This document shows, one piece after another, positions 1 to 8,098 of a stretch of DNA of 64,000 nt. Under the pieces are notes generated by a model that saw only the letters and a list, made by a program, of their open reading frames with translations, made no database searches and was not told the origin of the DNA. The DNA is from Alphaproteobacteria bacterium (GTDB lineage Bacteria > Pseudomonadota > Alphaproteobacteria > Bin95). The stretch lies in the NCBI GenBank assembly GCA_963665325.3, contig CAXXWS020000003.1, positions 950,981 to 1,014,980 of the forward strand, written 5' to 3'. Position 1 is the stretch's first letter. Each line of letters begins with the position of its first letter. The position numbers and the translations under genes are program-made.

Positions 1-451
1 GCAGACGGGCGAACCAGTGCCGCACCTCCTGCCGGTCGATGTCGGCAATCGGCCGCCCGGCGAAATGCGGCAGAAGCTGATTGCGGAGATAGTACCGGTT
101 CACTTTGAGCGTCCTGGCCTTCCAAAGCCGCGCATGGCGCTCGAACACGGTCTCGGCGACGGCTTCGAAGACGGTCACTTCGGGACGGTGCGGCGCTTCC
201 TTGCCCCGCCGGATGGCGGCAAGCATTTCGGTCGCCGAAGCCCGCGCCTCGACGATGCTCATGTCTTCGGCATTGCCGACGATCTTCCAGACCCGCTCGC
301 CGCGATGCTGGCACTGGATGAAGAACCGCTTCCTGCCGGTGGGCATCACCCGGACGCCGAAGCCCTTGAGTCTGGCGTCCCGGATGTCGAAGGGTGACTT
401 GCGAGGCTTGAGGGCCTCAATGCGGGCTGCGGTAAGGGTAACACTGGGCAT
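1..451 (-). CDS. tyrosine recombinase / phage-type integrase, N-terminal part (gene continues past the left edge)
   Basis: Minus-strand ATG at 451..449 gives MPSVTLTAARIEALKPRKSPFDIRDARLKGFGVRVMPTGRKRFFIQCQHRGERVWKIVGNAEDMSIVEARASATEMLAAIRRGK... This is the arm-binding (DUF4102-type) N-terminus plus the start of the core-binding domain typical of P4-family integrases. It is absent from the ORF track because it is open at the window edge. Confidence 0.8.
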   Translation of the reverse strand, partial: MPSVTLTAARIEALKPRKSPFDIRDARLKGFGVRVMPTGRKRFFIQCQHRGERVWKIVGNAEDMSIVEARASATEMLAAIRRGKEAPHRPEVTVFEAVAETVFERHARLWKARTLKVNRYYLRNQLLPHFAGRPIADIDRQEVRHWFARL

Positions 452-560
452 GTAGCTCTCCCGGTTCCGGTTGCAGCCGGGGAACAAGCAATGGCAGATT
501 ACTTCCCCGGCCGCAGTTTTTCGGGAGAAACAACAACGCAATATCAGATAGTTAGCACCG

Positions 561-932
561 CTAAGGTGCGTTGTCGGTGTAGTCCTCTCCGGTCCCGAAA
601 ACGGTCGTGGGATCGGAGGCTTCCTGGCCGAAATAGGAAAGATCGATCCGCCAACGGTTCGGCAATTGCGTCCCGGCGGTGACCTGGAAGTTCGCGATAT
701 AGCCTGTATCGGTGTTGTCGTTGCCTTCCGCATCGACGGTCCATCGCCCATCCACCAGACCGGTGAGCACGAAGGTCACGTCGCCGATTTCGACCGCGAT
801 CGGCTCCTCCATGGACGACAGGCTCTCATAGTTCAGGGGGACGGTCTGCGCCCCGGCAAGGCCGCCCGCGGCCACGCCGGCGGCGGCAATTGCAGCGGGA
901 AGCAAGGCCCGCAGAACCCGGTGTGCGGCCAT
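561..932 (-). CDS. small secreted hypothetical protein (N-terminal signal peptide)
   Basis: 123-aa ORF with ATG start. The hydrophobic leader LLPAAIAAAGVAAGGLAGAQT is followed by a beta-rich sequence. It lies 4 nt downstream of the PAP2-like gene on the same strand, which looks operon-like. Confidence 0.5.
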   Translation of the reverse strand: MAAHRVLRALLPAAIAAAGVAAGGLAGAQTVPLNYESLSSMEEPIAVEIGDVTFVLTGLVDGRWTVDAEGNDNTDTGYIANFQVTAGTQLPNRWRIDLSYFGQEASDPTTVFGTGEDYTDNAP

Positions 933-936
933 GACT

Positions 937-2328
937 TCAGGCCTTCGCCGGGAAGGTGGAATGGAAGGCGTGCCTCGCCAGCTCGCGCCCGGATTTCAGT
1001 CCCTGCGTATTGTCGATCGCCCAATGGACGCCGCCATAGAGACGGCTCAGGCCGTTTTCCTCCGCCATGTGTGTCAAGCCGGTCCAGTGCCGATTGACGC
1101 CTTGCAGTTGCGGCCACAGCACTTCGTCCGGCGAACGCCCGGAAAATGCGACATCGTCCCGGCCGAGGATCAGGGCAATCATCTCGGCCGCGGCGGCACC
1201 GAAAGTGGAATGGCCGGAGGTATAGGCCGGGAATTCCGGCGTGGGGATGTAGCTGCGCCAGCCGGAGTGGACGGCCACGCGCCGGTCCCGACTGCCGAAT
1301 GCGGGCGCACGCACGCGAATGGCGCTTTCGGGCCGGACAACGTCGTAGTGGTATTTGTTGTCCCAGGCGCAGATGGATGCATCGCACTGGGTCATGCCGA
1401 TTAGCGCGAAGGCCCGGGCGAGCTCGATGAAGGAGAGGTCCCGATCCTGCAACAGCTGCATGGCGATATAGAGCATGTGCCCCGGCGGGGTGATGCCCCA
1501 CGGGCCGTCTTCCCAGAAGAGCGCGATCTCCGACTGGTCGGCGGTCCTGACACTGCTGTCCATTCCCCCGAGGCGGCGGATCGTGTCGAACTCTTCGGCG
1601 AACTCGGGGCTCGCCGGATCGTAAAATCCGCTTACCTGGAACTGCGAACCGCTCTTCATCGTCCAGGGCTTGATCTTGCCGTGGCCCGGGTAGAGGCAAC
1701 GGTCGAAGGAGGAGAACGCAGGCCCCGGCGAGGCACCGTAGAACGGCCCCGTCGGGCTCCATCGCAAGGAGTCGGCGCGCCGTCGGTAGCGTCCGAGATA
1801 GTAGTTCACCTCGCTGGGCTCCGAGCCGTCATCCGTGCGCAGGTCGAGCACCCGGCGGCCCACCTCGCGGCCCCATTCGACGCCCAGCGACTTCGCCTCG
1901 CCGTCGGGGAAGCGGCTCAGGAAGGCGATGCGCTCGAACAGGAACGGTTGCTGGAATGCTTCCGCCGCCGCCGCCGCGAAGGCGACGCCATAGGCGACTT
2001 CGGGGTCGGCGCCGCGCGGTCCCGGGCCGATCCCGAACGGCTCTTCATAGGCCCCGACGATTCCGTTTGCGGCCAGGAATCCGGCGGCGGTGCCAAGCCC
2101 GTAATTGTAGGCGGCGCGCGGTGTCAGAACCCTCTGGTCCCGCACCTGCTGCAGGGCGGTATCCACCCAAAGGAAAACGGTGTTCCCGTTCTTCGGTTTC
2201 AGTATCTGGCTCGTGTAGGAAGACCGGCTTCCCTGGGAGGCTACGTGCGGGCCGGCGCAGCCGGCCATGGACAGGGCGGAGGCCGCAGCAGCGGCGGCAG
2301 CGAGGAACTGCCGTCTGGTGTGGCTCAT
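937..2328 (-). CDS. PAP2 superfamily / vanadium-haloperoxidase-like protein with Tat signal
   Basis: 463 aa. The N-terminal twin-arginine motif is TRRQFLAAAAAAAS..AGC. The C-terminal PAP2 motifs are PEFPAYTSGHSTFGAAAAE and SRLYGGVHWAID. Confidence 0.75.
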   Translation of the reverse strand: MSHTRRQFLAAAAAAASALSMAGCAGPHVASQGSRSSYTSQILKPKNGNTVFLWVDTALQQVRDQRVLTPRAAYNYGLGTAAGFLAANGIVGAYEEPFGIGPGPRGADPEVAYGVAFAAAAAEAFQQPFLFERIAFLSRFPDGEAKSLGVEWGREVGRRVLDLRTDDGSEPSEVNYYLGRYRRRADSLRWSPTGPFYGASPGPAFSSFDRCLYPGHGKIKPWTMKSGSQFQVSGFYDPASPEFAEEFDTIRRLGGMDSSVRTADQSEIALFWEDGPWGITPPGHMLYIAMQLLQDRDLSFIELARAFALIGMTQCDASICAWDNKYHYDVVRPESAIRVRAPAFGSRDRRVAVHSGWRSYIPTPEFPAYTSGHSTFGAAAAEMIALILGRDDVAFSGRSPDEVLWPQLQGVNRHWTGLTHMAEENGLSRLYGGVHWAIDNTQGLKSGRELARHAFHSTFPAKA

Positions 2329-2982
2329 TGGATTCCTTTCGGTTCAGGTGTCCATGGATGCGTCAGGAGGTGCAGCAGGGCGCTCGCCCGACTGCCGGAA
2401 CGGAATGAGGAATCGGTGCCGGACCGCCGGTTCGGGCAGCCATCGGCGCCGGAGGAACAGGTGCTATGCGGGATGCGGCCGCGGAACCTGCGGCGTTCCC
2501 GAGTGGGAAGACGGGCGACCGGGTCCGGTCAGGCCGTCAAAAAAACGCAGTCAGGCGCGAGGGGGACGATCGGAACGCCGTGAACAAAAAATGTTCACAC
2601 TCGTAGAAACAAAATTCGTAATTGCCGAATTATTGTTCATTGAGTTAATTGTTTTGCAACGTGGCCTGAAATGCAACATTCTACAGCATTCAGCCGGTAT
2701 TTCCGTTATCACAACTTCCCCCAGTCTTCCATCGTCGAGTGCATCGAATAGACTTCGAAGACGGCGAATAACCCTCCATAAACCTAAAGGCAAGTGATAA
2801 ATTAAATAGTTATGGGCGACATTTTGGCGCCCGGTCGATTTCCCGCTGCCTTCCCGACGGCCAGTCCGAAGCGCGGCAACAGCGGTGGATGGGGGAACCC
2901 GGCCGGGACCGCAGCGCCGATGCGACAATCGGCACAGCCCGACCCGCTTGAAGGGCGGCGGGAGAGCCTCTATATCCGGTGC

Positions 2983-3030
2983 GTACTAAGCTTCCGTGCC
3001 CGATGAGTACTAAGCTTCCGTGCCCGATGA
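2983..3030. repeat. perfect tandem duplication, 2 x 24 bp (GTACTAAGCTTCCGTGCCCGATGA)
   Basis: Read directly: unit 1 is 2983..3006 and unit 2 is 3007..3030, and they are identical. It lies about 100 bp upstream of the DJ-1 family gene. Confidence 0.95.
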
Positions 3031-3129
3031 TCGCACAGTCCCGGCGCCTTTTCCGGCGTAGCGGGAGCGGCTTCGTGCAGGCGCGGATCGACGAATGGAC
3101 CGAGAGATTGTAGGAAGGAGACCTGCCCC

Positions 3130-3705
3130 ATGTCCGACCAGAAGCGCCTTTCCGGCATGACCGTCGCCGTGCTCGTTGCCAATGGCTTCGAGGAAATCGT
3201 CATGACCGACACGCAGAAGGCGCTTGCCGCCGAAGGTGCCGCGATTCGCATCGTCAGCCATGAGGTCGGGCTGGCCAACGGCTGGCATGAAGGGACCTGG
3301 GGCCACAATTTCTACATCGACACCCGCGTTTCGGACGCACTGCCGAGCGATTTCGACGGTCTGCTGGTGCCGGGCGGGGAGCGCAGCATCGCCGCGCTCA
3401 AGGAGAACGCGCATGCCCGCCGCGTAATCAAGGGCATGATGGACGCGGGCAAGCCGCTGGCCGTCGTCGGCGATGCGATCGAAATGCTGGTGGCAGCGGA
3501 GGCCCTGAGAGGCCGCAAGGTGACAGGCGTCGAGACGTCCCGCGCCCGGGTCGAGGCAATGGGCGCCGTCTGGTCCGAAGCCCCGCTCACCGTCGATGGC
3601 AGTTTGGTCACCGCCTCGGGTTCGGAAGATCTCGAGAGCCTGATCGGCGCCGTGATCGACAGCCTCGTCGCCGCTCCCGAAGGCGAACGCCAGCAGGCCG
3701 CCTGA
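3130..3705 (+). CDS. DJ-1/PfpI family protein
   Basis: 191 aa with ATG preceded by AGGAAGGAGA. The class-I glutamine-amidotransferase-like layout includes VAVLVANGFEEIV and FDGLLVPGG, which is DJ-1/PfpI-like. Confidence 0.85.
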   Translation: MSDQKRLSGMTVAVLVANGFEEIVMTDTQKALAAEGAAIRIVSHEVGLANGWHEGTWGHNFYIDTRVSDALPSDFDGLLVPGGERSIAALKENAHARRVIKGMMDAGKPLAVVGDAIEMLVAAEALRGRKVTGVETSRARVEAMGAVWSEAPLTVDGSLVTASGSEDLESLIGAVIDSLVAAPEGERQQAA

Positions 3706-3732
3706 CCTCAAAACACAGGAAACGAGTTGCTG

Positions 3733-3759
3733 CCGGCGCCGGGGCTTTCCCGGCGCCGG
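3733..3759 (+). terminator. GC-rich hairpin, likely intrinsic (possibly bidirectional) terminator between convergent genes
   Basis: CCGGCGCCGGG-gcttt-CCCGGCGCCGG forms a perfect 11-bp stem followed by TTGTCGTTTC. It sits between the DJ-1 stop (3705) and the flavodoxin-like stop (3785). Confidence 0.5.
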
Positions 3760-3784
3760 TTGTCGTTTCAGACGCCGGCGGCGC

Positions 3785-4252
3785 TCAGAACACGCCCGCT
3801 TCGAGGCCGGCGGCGAGCGTCATGCCGAGTTCCTCGCAGTCGGCGGCGAACGCCTCCTGCCATTCTCCGCGGCAAAGCACCGGCTCGGCCACCGCGCGCC
3901 AGCGCAGGCCGGTCGTAATAGTCTCGATCGCGCGCCTTGTGCCGGTGCCGTCATGGCCTGCGCGGATATAGAAGCCGAAGGGGCGGCCCTGGGTCTCCTC
4001 CAGGCAGGGATAGTAGATGCGATCGAAAAAGTCCTTCAGCGCGCCGCTCATATAGCCGAGGTTCTCGGTCGTCCCGAGCAGTAGCGCGTCCGCCGCGAGC
4101 ACATGGGCCGGCGTTGCGTCGAAGGGGCTCAGCACCTCCGTCTCGACGCCCTCGATGTCCGGATGGCGGGCCCCCTCCGCGGCCGCATCGCGCAGCCTGA
4201 GCGTGTTGGGCGACGGCGCGTGGGCGACGATCAGCAGGCGGCGGCCGGACAT
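3785..4252 (-). CDS. flavodoxin-like fold NAD(P)H-dependent oxidoreductase
   Basis: 155 aa. It has RLLIVAHAPSPNT and LLLGTTENLGYMSGALKDFFDRIYY, typical of the flavodoxin/NADPH-FMN reductase family. Confidence 0.7.
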   Translation of the reverse strand: MSGRRLLIVAHAPSPNTLRLRDAAAEGARHPDIEGVETEVLSPFDATPAHVLAADALLLGTTENLGYMSGALKDFFDRIYYPCLEETQGRPFGFYIRAGHDGTGTRRAIETITTGLRWRAVAEPVLCRGEWQEAFAADCEELGMTLAAGLEAGVF

Positions 4253-5322
4253 GCCTGCTCCAGAAGGAAGGGCGCGCCCGACCCGGCGGCGACGGCGCGG
4301 ATCTCCTCGAACAGAGTTTCCGTCATCGGGATTCCGGTCCTGAGCCGTTCGCGCCGGGCGGCATGTTCCGGATCGCCGGGCACGAGCACCGGTCGGGCCG
4401 GGTCGGTCGGCGGCACCGCCCGCACCTCCGCCATCAGGCTCCCGAGGTCGGCGGCGAAACCGGCATTGAAGAAGGCCGGGTCGAGCGCCATGAAGAAATG
4501 CCCGACCTCAATGAAGGGGCCGGGCTTGTCCGTGGCGAGGTCGATGCCGCCGACATTCGCGCCGCCGAGCACGCTCGCCAGGATTTCCACCATCATCGCC
4601 AGGCCATAGCCCTTGTGGCTGCCGAGCGTGCGGTTGCCGCCGAGCGGGGTCAGGCGCTTCGGTTTTGCATGGAAGGCGGCGGCCGCATCGGTCTCGGGCA
4701 GGCCGTCCGGGCGCACGGCCCAACCGTTCGGCAGCGGTTTACCCGCCCGGCGCGCGATGTTGACCTTGCCGACGGCGACGGTGCTGGTCGCCATGTCGAG
4801 CGAGAACGGCTCACCCGCTGCCGGGCTCGCGGCGAAGGCAATCGGATTGGTGGAGAAGCGCGGCTCGCGCGCGCCCGTCGGAACCACGGAGCGCTGCGTC
4901 GTGCCGGTGCAGGCGAAGCCGACAAGGCCGCGCTCCGCAGCAATGGTGGAATAGACGCCTGCTGCGCCGAAATGGTTGGAATGGACGGTGACCGACACGC
5001 CCAGCCCCACTGCCGCCGCCTTGTCGCAGGCGCGCTCCATGGCGAATCGGGCGGCAGGGTGGCCGATGCCGTGGCCCGCATCCACCAGGGTCAACACCGG
5101 CCCTTCGCTGAGCGTGCGGACCTCCGCCAGCGGGTCGATCTTTCCGTCCCGCCTGCGCTGGTCGTAGGTCGGCAGCATGCCGACGCCGTGGCTGTCTATG
5201 CCCCGCAGGTCGGCCTCGACCATGAGGTCCACGGCGGTCTCGACGGGCTGGGAACGCATGCCCCAGGCGAGGAACACCACCCGGATCTGCGCCGCCAGCA
5301 GGCTATGCGGGACGGTAATCAT
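4231..5322 (-). CDS. Ldh_2 family (malate/L-lactate/sulfolactate-type) dehydrogenase, paralog 1
   Basis: This is the C-terminal 363 aa of the 948-aa track ORF, starting MITVPHSLLAAQIRVVF (ATG at 5322). Motifs DLRGIDSHGVGMLP, SNHFGAAGVY, STNPIAFA and GSHKGYGLAMMVEIL are present. Confidence 0.85.
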   Translation of the reverse strand: MITVPHSLLAAQIRVVFLAWGMRSQPVETAVDLMVEADLRGIDSHGVGMLPTYDQRRRDGKIDPLAEVRTLSEGPVLTLVDAGHGIGHPAARFAMERACDKAAAVGLGVSVTVHSNHFGAAGVYSTIAAERGLVGFACTGTTQRSVVPTGAREPRFSTNPIAFAASPAAGEPFSLDMATSTVAVGKVNIARRAGKPLPNGWAVRPDGLPETDAAAAFHAKPKRLTPLGGNRTLGSHKGYGLAMMVEILASVLGGANVGGIDLATDKPGPFIEVGHFFMALDPAFFNAGFAADLGSLMAEVRAVPPTDPARPVLVPGDPEHAARRERLRTGIPMTETLFEEIRAVAAGSGAPFLLEQACPAAAC

Positions 5323-6353
5323 GCATGCTCCAGCAGGAAGGGCGCGCCGGAGCGCCCGCAGACGTCGCGCAGCTCCTCGAACAGCGTGTCGGTCATCGGG
5401 ATGCCGTTCGCCTTGCGCTCGGCGTAAGCGGCGTATTCCGGGTCGCCGGCGACCATCACAGGGTTTGCCGGATCGGCGGGCGGCGTCGCCCGGAGCATGT
5501 CGAGCAGCCGGTCCATGTCGGTCTCGAATTCTCCCTCCCCGCGCAGCTGCGAGGGGTCGATGGCGAAGAAGAAATGCCCGGTCTCGTGGCCGAGGCAGCC
5601 GGAGAGCGTCGCGCACAGGATTTCCACCATGGCGCCCAGGCCGTAGCCCTTGTGGCCGCCGAGCTCGCGCGTGCCGCCAAGCGGCGTCAGGCGCCCGGTC
5701 TCCACTGCGACCTGCGCATCCGTTATCGGCGCGCCGGACCGGTCCACCATCCAGCCTTCCGGAATCGGCTTGCCGGCCCGCCTCGCGATCGACACCTTGC
5801 CGAACGCGACCGTGCTGGTCGCCATGTCGAGCGCGAAAGGCCGGTTCTCCCCGGCCGGGGCCGCGAAGCCGATGGGGTTGGTACCGAGCGCGGAATCGGC
5901 GCCGAACATCGGGGCGACCTGTTTGGTTGGCGCGTTGGTGAGCGAAAGGCCGACCAGACCCTCCTCCGCCGCCATCTTCGAATAATAGCCGGCCGCGCCG
6001 TAGTGGTTGGAGTTGCGCACCGCGACGGCAGCCGCACCGACTTGCCCCGCCTTGACCATCGCCGTCCGCATGGCGAGCGCAGCGGGCGGATGGCCGAGGC
6101 TGCGCCCGGCGTCGATCAGCGCCAGCGCCCCCGTCTCGCGCTCGATGCGGATATCGGGCTTCGGCTCGATGCGGCCCTCCTCCTTCGCCTTCTGGTAAAA
6201 GGGCAGCATGCCGACGCCGTGGCTGTCGATGCCGGCAAGGTCGGTTTCGACCATGACCCGGACGGTCGTCTCGATATGGTCCGGCGCCATGCCCCAGGTC
6301 TCGAAGACCGCGGCGACCTGGCGGCGAAGCACGGCGTCGTCGATGGTATGCAT
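5319..6353 (-). CDS. Ldh_2 family dehydrogenase, paralog 2
   Basis: Starts MHTIDDAVLRRQVAAVFETWG (ATG at 6353) and is 344 aa. It shows the same motif series as paralog 1 (DLAGIDSHGVGMLP, SNHYGAAGYY, GGHKGYGLGAMVEIL). Its stop overlaps the paralog 1 start by 4 nt. Confidence 0.85.
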   Translation of the reverse strand: MHTIDDAVLRRQVAAVFETWGMAPDHIETTVRVMVETDLAGIDSHGVGMLPFYQKAKEEGRIEPKPDIRIERETGALALIDAGRSLGHPPAALAMRTAMVKAGQVGAAAVAVRNSNHYGAAGYYSKMAAEEGLVGLSLTNAPTKQVAPMFGADSALGTNPIGFAAPAGENRPFALDMATSTVAFGKVSIARRAGKPIPEGWMVDRSGAPITDAQVAVETGRLTPLGGTRELGGHKGYGLGAMVEILCATLSGCLGHETGHFFFAIDPSQLRGEGEFETDMDRLLDMLRATPPADPANPVMVAGDPEYAAYAERKANGIPMTDTLFEELRDVCGRSGAPFLLEHA

Positions 6354-6405
6354 GGCCTCTCCCCCCGCTTCGCCGCATGATAAGCGCGCCAGGGGAGGAA
6401 GCGCG

Positions 6406-6855
6406 ATGGCCGATTTCGACATGCCCGCCGAAGATGTGGAGGCAATCCGGGCCTGGTTCGACGAATGGGGCGCGGAGGTGGCGCGGCGGGACTTTGCAAG
6501 TGCGCGGCAGCGCTTCGACCCGGACGTGCTCGGCTTCGGCACCTGGATGGACCATGTGGAGGGGCTGGATGCGCTGGAAGCGCAGCAATGGCGGCGCATC
6601 TGGCCCAGCATCGAGGGTTTCGAGCACCGGACGGAGGGCCTGCGCTGCATGGTCTCGCCCGACCGGTCGATGGCGTTCGGGATGACGGTCTGGACCTCCA
6701 CCGGCTTCCACGAGGACGGCACCGCCTATGAACGGCCGGGCCGGACGACGGCGGTGTTCGCGCGGGACAAGCCCGGCGACCCGTGGCGCTGCGTGCACAC
6801 CCATGTTTCGCTGTTCAGGGATGTGCCGCAGCATTCCGCAGGCCGCCGGGGCTGA
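6406..6855 (+). CDS. SnoaL/NTF2-like (DUF4440-type) small protein
   Basis: ATG at 6406 is preceded by AGGGGAGGA and the product is 149 aa. The WFDEWGAEVARRD...DPDVLGFGT pattern suggests an NTF2-like fold. The upstream part of track ORF 6208..6855 overlaps the Ldh_2 gene and was discarded. Confidence 0.6.
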   Translation: MADFDMPAEDVEAIRAWFDEWGAEVARRDFASARQRFDPDVLGFGTWMDHVEGLDALEAQQWRRIWPSIEGFEHRTEGLRCMVSPDRSMAFGMTVWTSTGFHEDGTAYERPGRTTAVFARDKPGDPWRCVHTHVSLFRDVPQHSAGRRG

Positions 6856-6863
6856 GTCGGGGC

Positions 6864-7037
6864 TCAGGCAGGCCGGCCGCGCCAGGCGGTGTCCGGCTGC
6901 AGCCGGGCGAAGCCTGCCCTGACGAGGCCTGCGAGCCGGGCGAAAGCGGCGGTGAAAGCCTGGGCGCGCAACTGCCGGGCCCGGGCGATACCCCGGTCGA
7001 TTTCCGCCTGGGTGGGGAGGTCGTGTCTCTGGATCAT
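6864..7037 (-). CDS. small hypothetical protein (57 aa)
   Basis: MIQRHDLPTQAEIDRGIARARQLRAQAFTAAFARLAGLV... with ATG at 7037 preceded by GGAGACAGGA. It is divergent from the LysR gene. The function is not recognisable. Confidence 0.4.
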   Translation of the reverse strand: MIQRHDLPTQAEIDRGIARARQLRAQAFTAAFARLAGLVRAGFARLQPDTAWRGRPA

Positions 7038-7124
7038 CTGTCCTGTCTCCGGGTTCGGATTTCCGTTGACGCAGCATTTATTATCTCTCAAATCATTTAC
7101 AATGATGCCAGATACGATATGATA

Positions 7125-7141
7125 TTTGCATACAATGCAAA
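7125..7141. promoter_or_regulatory. candidate LysR-type operator (T-N11-A palindrome)
   Basis: TTTGCAT-ACA-ATGCAAA is a perfect 7-bp inverted repeat 13 nt upstream of the LysR ATG, in the AT-rich divergent intergenic region. Confidence 0.4.
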
Positions 7142-7153
7142 GATGAGTACGCC

Positions 7154-8098
7154 ATGAATTCCCTGAACGCCATCCGCCTGTTCACCGCCGCCGTCGATGC
7201 CGGCAGTTTCTCCGAGGTCGGGCGCCGGCTCGGCATGGCGCCCTCCTCGGTGTCGCGGCAGGTCGCGGCGCTGGAGGACAGCGTCGGCGCCCAGCTCATC
7301 CACCGCACCACGAGGAAGCTCGGCCTGACCGAGGCCGGCCGGCTCTATTTCGAGCGCGTCTCGCGCATCCTGGCCGAGCTCGACGAGGCGTCCGCCGCCG
7401 TCTCGCATCTGGAGGGGTCGCCGCGTGGCGCGCTGCATGTCAACGGGCCGGCGGCCTTCGGGGTCCGCCATATCGCCCCGGCGCTGCCGGATTTCCTCGA
7501 CCGCTTTCCCGAAGTGCGGATCGAGCTGACGCTTACCGACAATTTCGTGGACCTGCTGGAAGTCGGCGCGGATATCGCCGTGCGGGTGGGCGAGCTTGAG
7601 GATTCGAGCCTGATCGCCCGCCGGCTCGCGCCCAACCGGCGCATCCTCTGCGCCAGCCCCGGCTATCTCGCCCGCGCCGGCATGCCGGAATGCCCCGAGG
7701 ACCTGGGGGCCCATAACTGCCTGATCTACACCCGCCACCACGGCAATGTGAACTGGAACCTCGGCGGGCCGGACGGGGTCGCGGAAGTGCGGGTCGGCGG
7801 CAATCTGCGCACCAACAACACTGAGGCCGTCCACGCCGCGGCGCTCGGCGGACTCGGCATCGCGCTGCTGCCCTCGTGGCTGGTCGGGCAGGAGGTGCAA
7901 GCCGGGCGGCTGGTTGCGGTCCTTTCCGGCTACCGTGCCTCGCCGGGCGCGCTCGACACCGGCATCCACGCCCTCTACCCCGCCAACCGCCACCTCTCCA
8001 CCAAGGTCCGCGCCTTCGTCGATTTCCTCGTCGAACGCTACGGCCCCCGCCCCTACTGGGAAGACCCGCCGGGGGACGGGACTCCCCGGGCCCCTTGA
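7154..8098 (+). CDS. LysR family transcriptional regulator
   Basis: 314 aa. The N-terminal wHTH is LNAIRLFTAAVDAGSFSEVGRRLGMAPSSVSRQVAALEDSVGAQLIHRTTRKLGLTEAG, followed by a LysR substrate-binding domain. Confidence 0.9.
   Translation: MNSLNAIRLFTAAVDAGSFSEVGRRLGMAPSSVSRQVAALEDSVGAQLIHRTTRKLGLTEAGRLYFERVSRILAELDEASAAVSHLEGSPRGALHVNGPAAFGVRHIAPALPDFLDRFPEVRIELTLTDNFVDLLEVGADIAVRVGELEDSSLIARRLAPNRRILCASPGYLARAGMPECPEDLGAHNCLIYTRHHGNVNWNLGGPDGVAEVRVGGNLRTNNTEAVHAAALGGLGIALLPSWLVGQEVQAGRLVAVLSGYRASPGALDTGIHALYPANRHLSTKVRAFVDFLVERYGPRPYWEDPPGDGTPRAP

Noticed and set aside
476-521. Hairpin GCCGGGGAA-N18-TTCCCCGGC followed by a T-run upstream of the integrase start
   Set aside because: The T-run follows the hairpin only on the plus strand, where no upstream gene needs a terminator. 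On the minus strand it lacks a U-tail. The loop is long (18 nt), so this is not convincing as a terminator or att site.
2580-2598. Palindrome read as a LexA/SOS box (GAAC-N7-GTTC)
   Set aside because: The alphaproteobacterial LexA sites I know are direct repeats (GTTC-N7-GTTC / GAAC-N7-GAAC). The Gram-positive Cheo box has N4 spacing. This inverted GAAC-N7-GTTC matches neither, so no SOS assignment was made.
4231-7077. 948-aa ORF in the track spanning 2.8 kb on the minus strand
   Set aside because: Only the last 363 codons (from ATG 5322) look like a real protein (Ldh_2). The upstream 585 codons are Arg/Pro/Gly-rich low-complexity read-through in a different frame from the second Ldh_2 gene (5319..6353). 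They also overlap the plus-strand SnoaL-like gene. This is a typical high-GC open-frame artefact.
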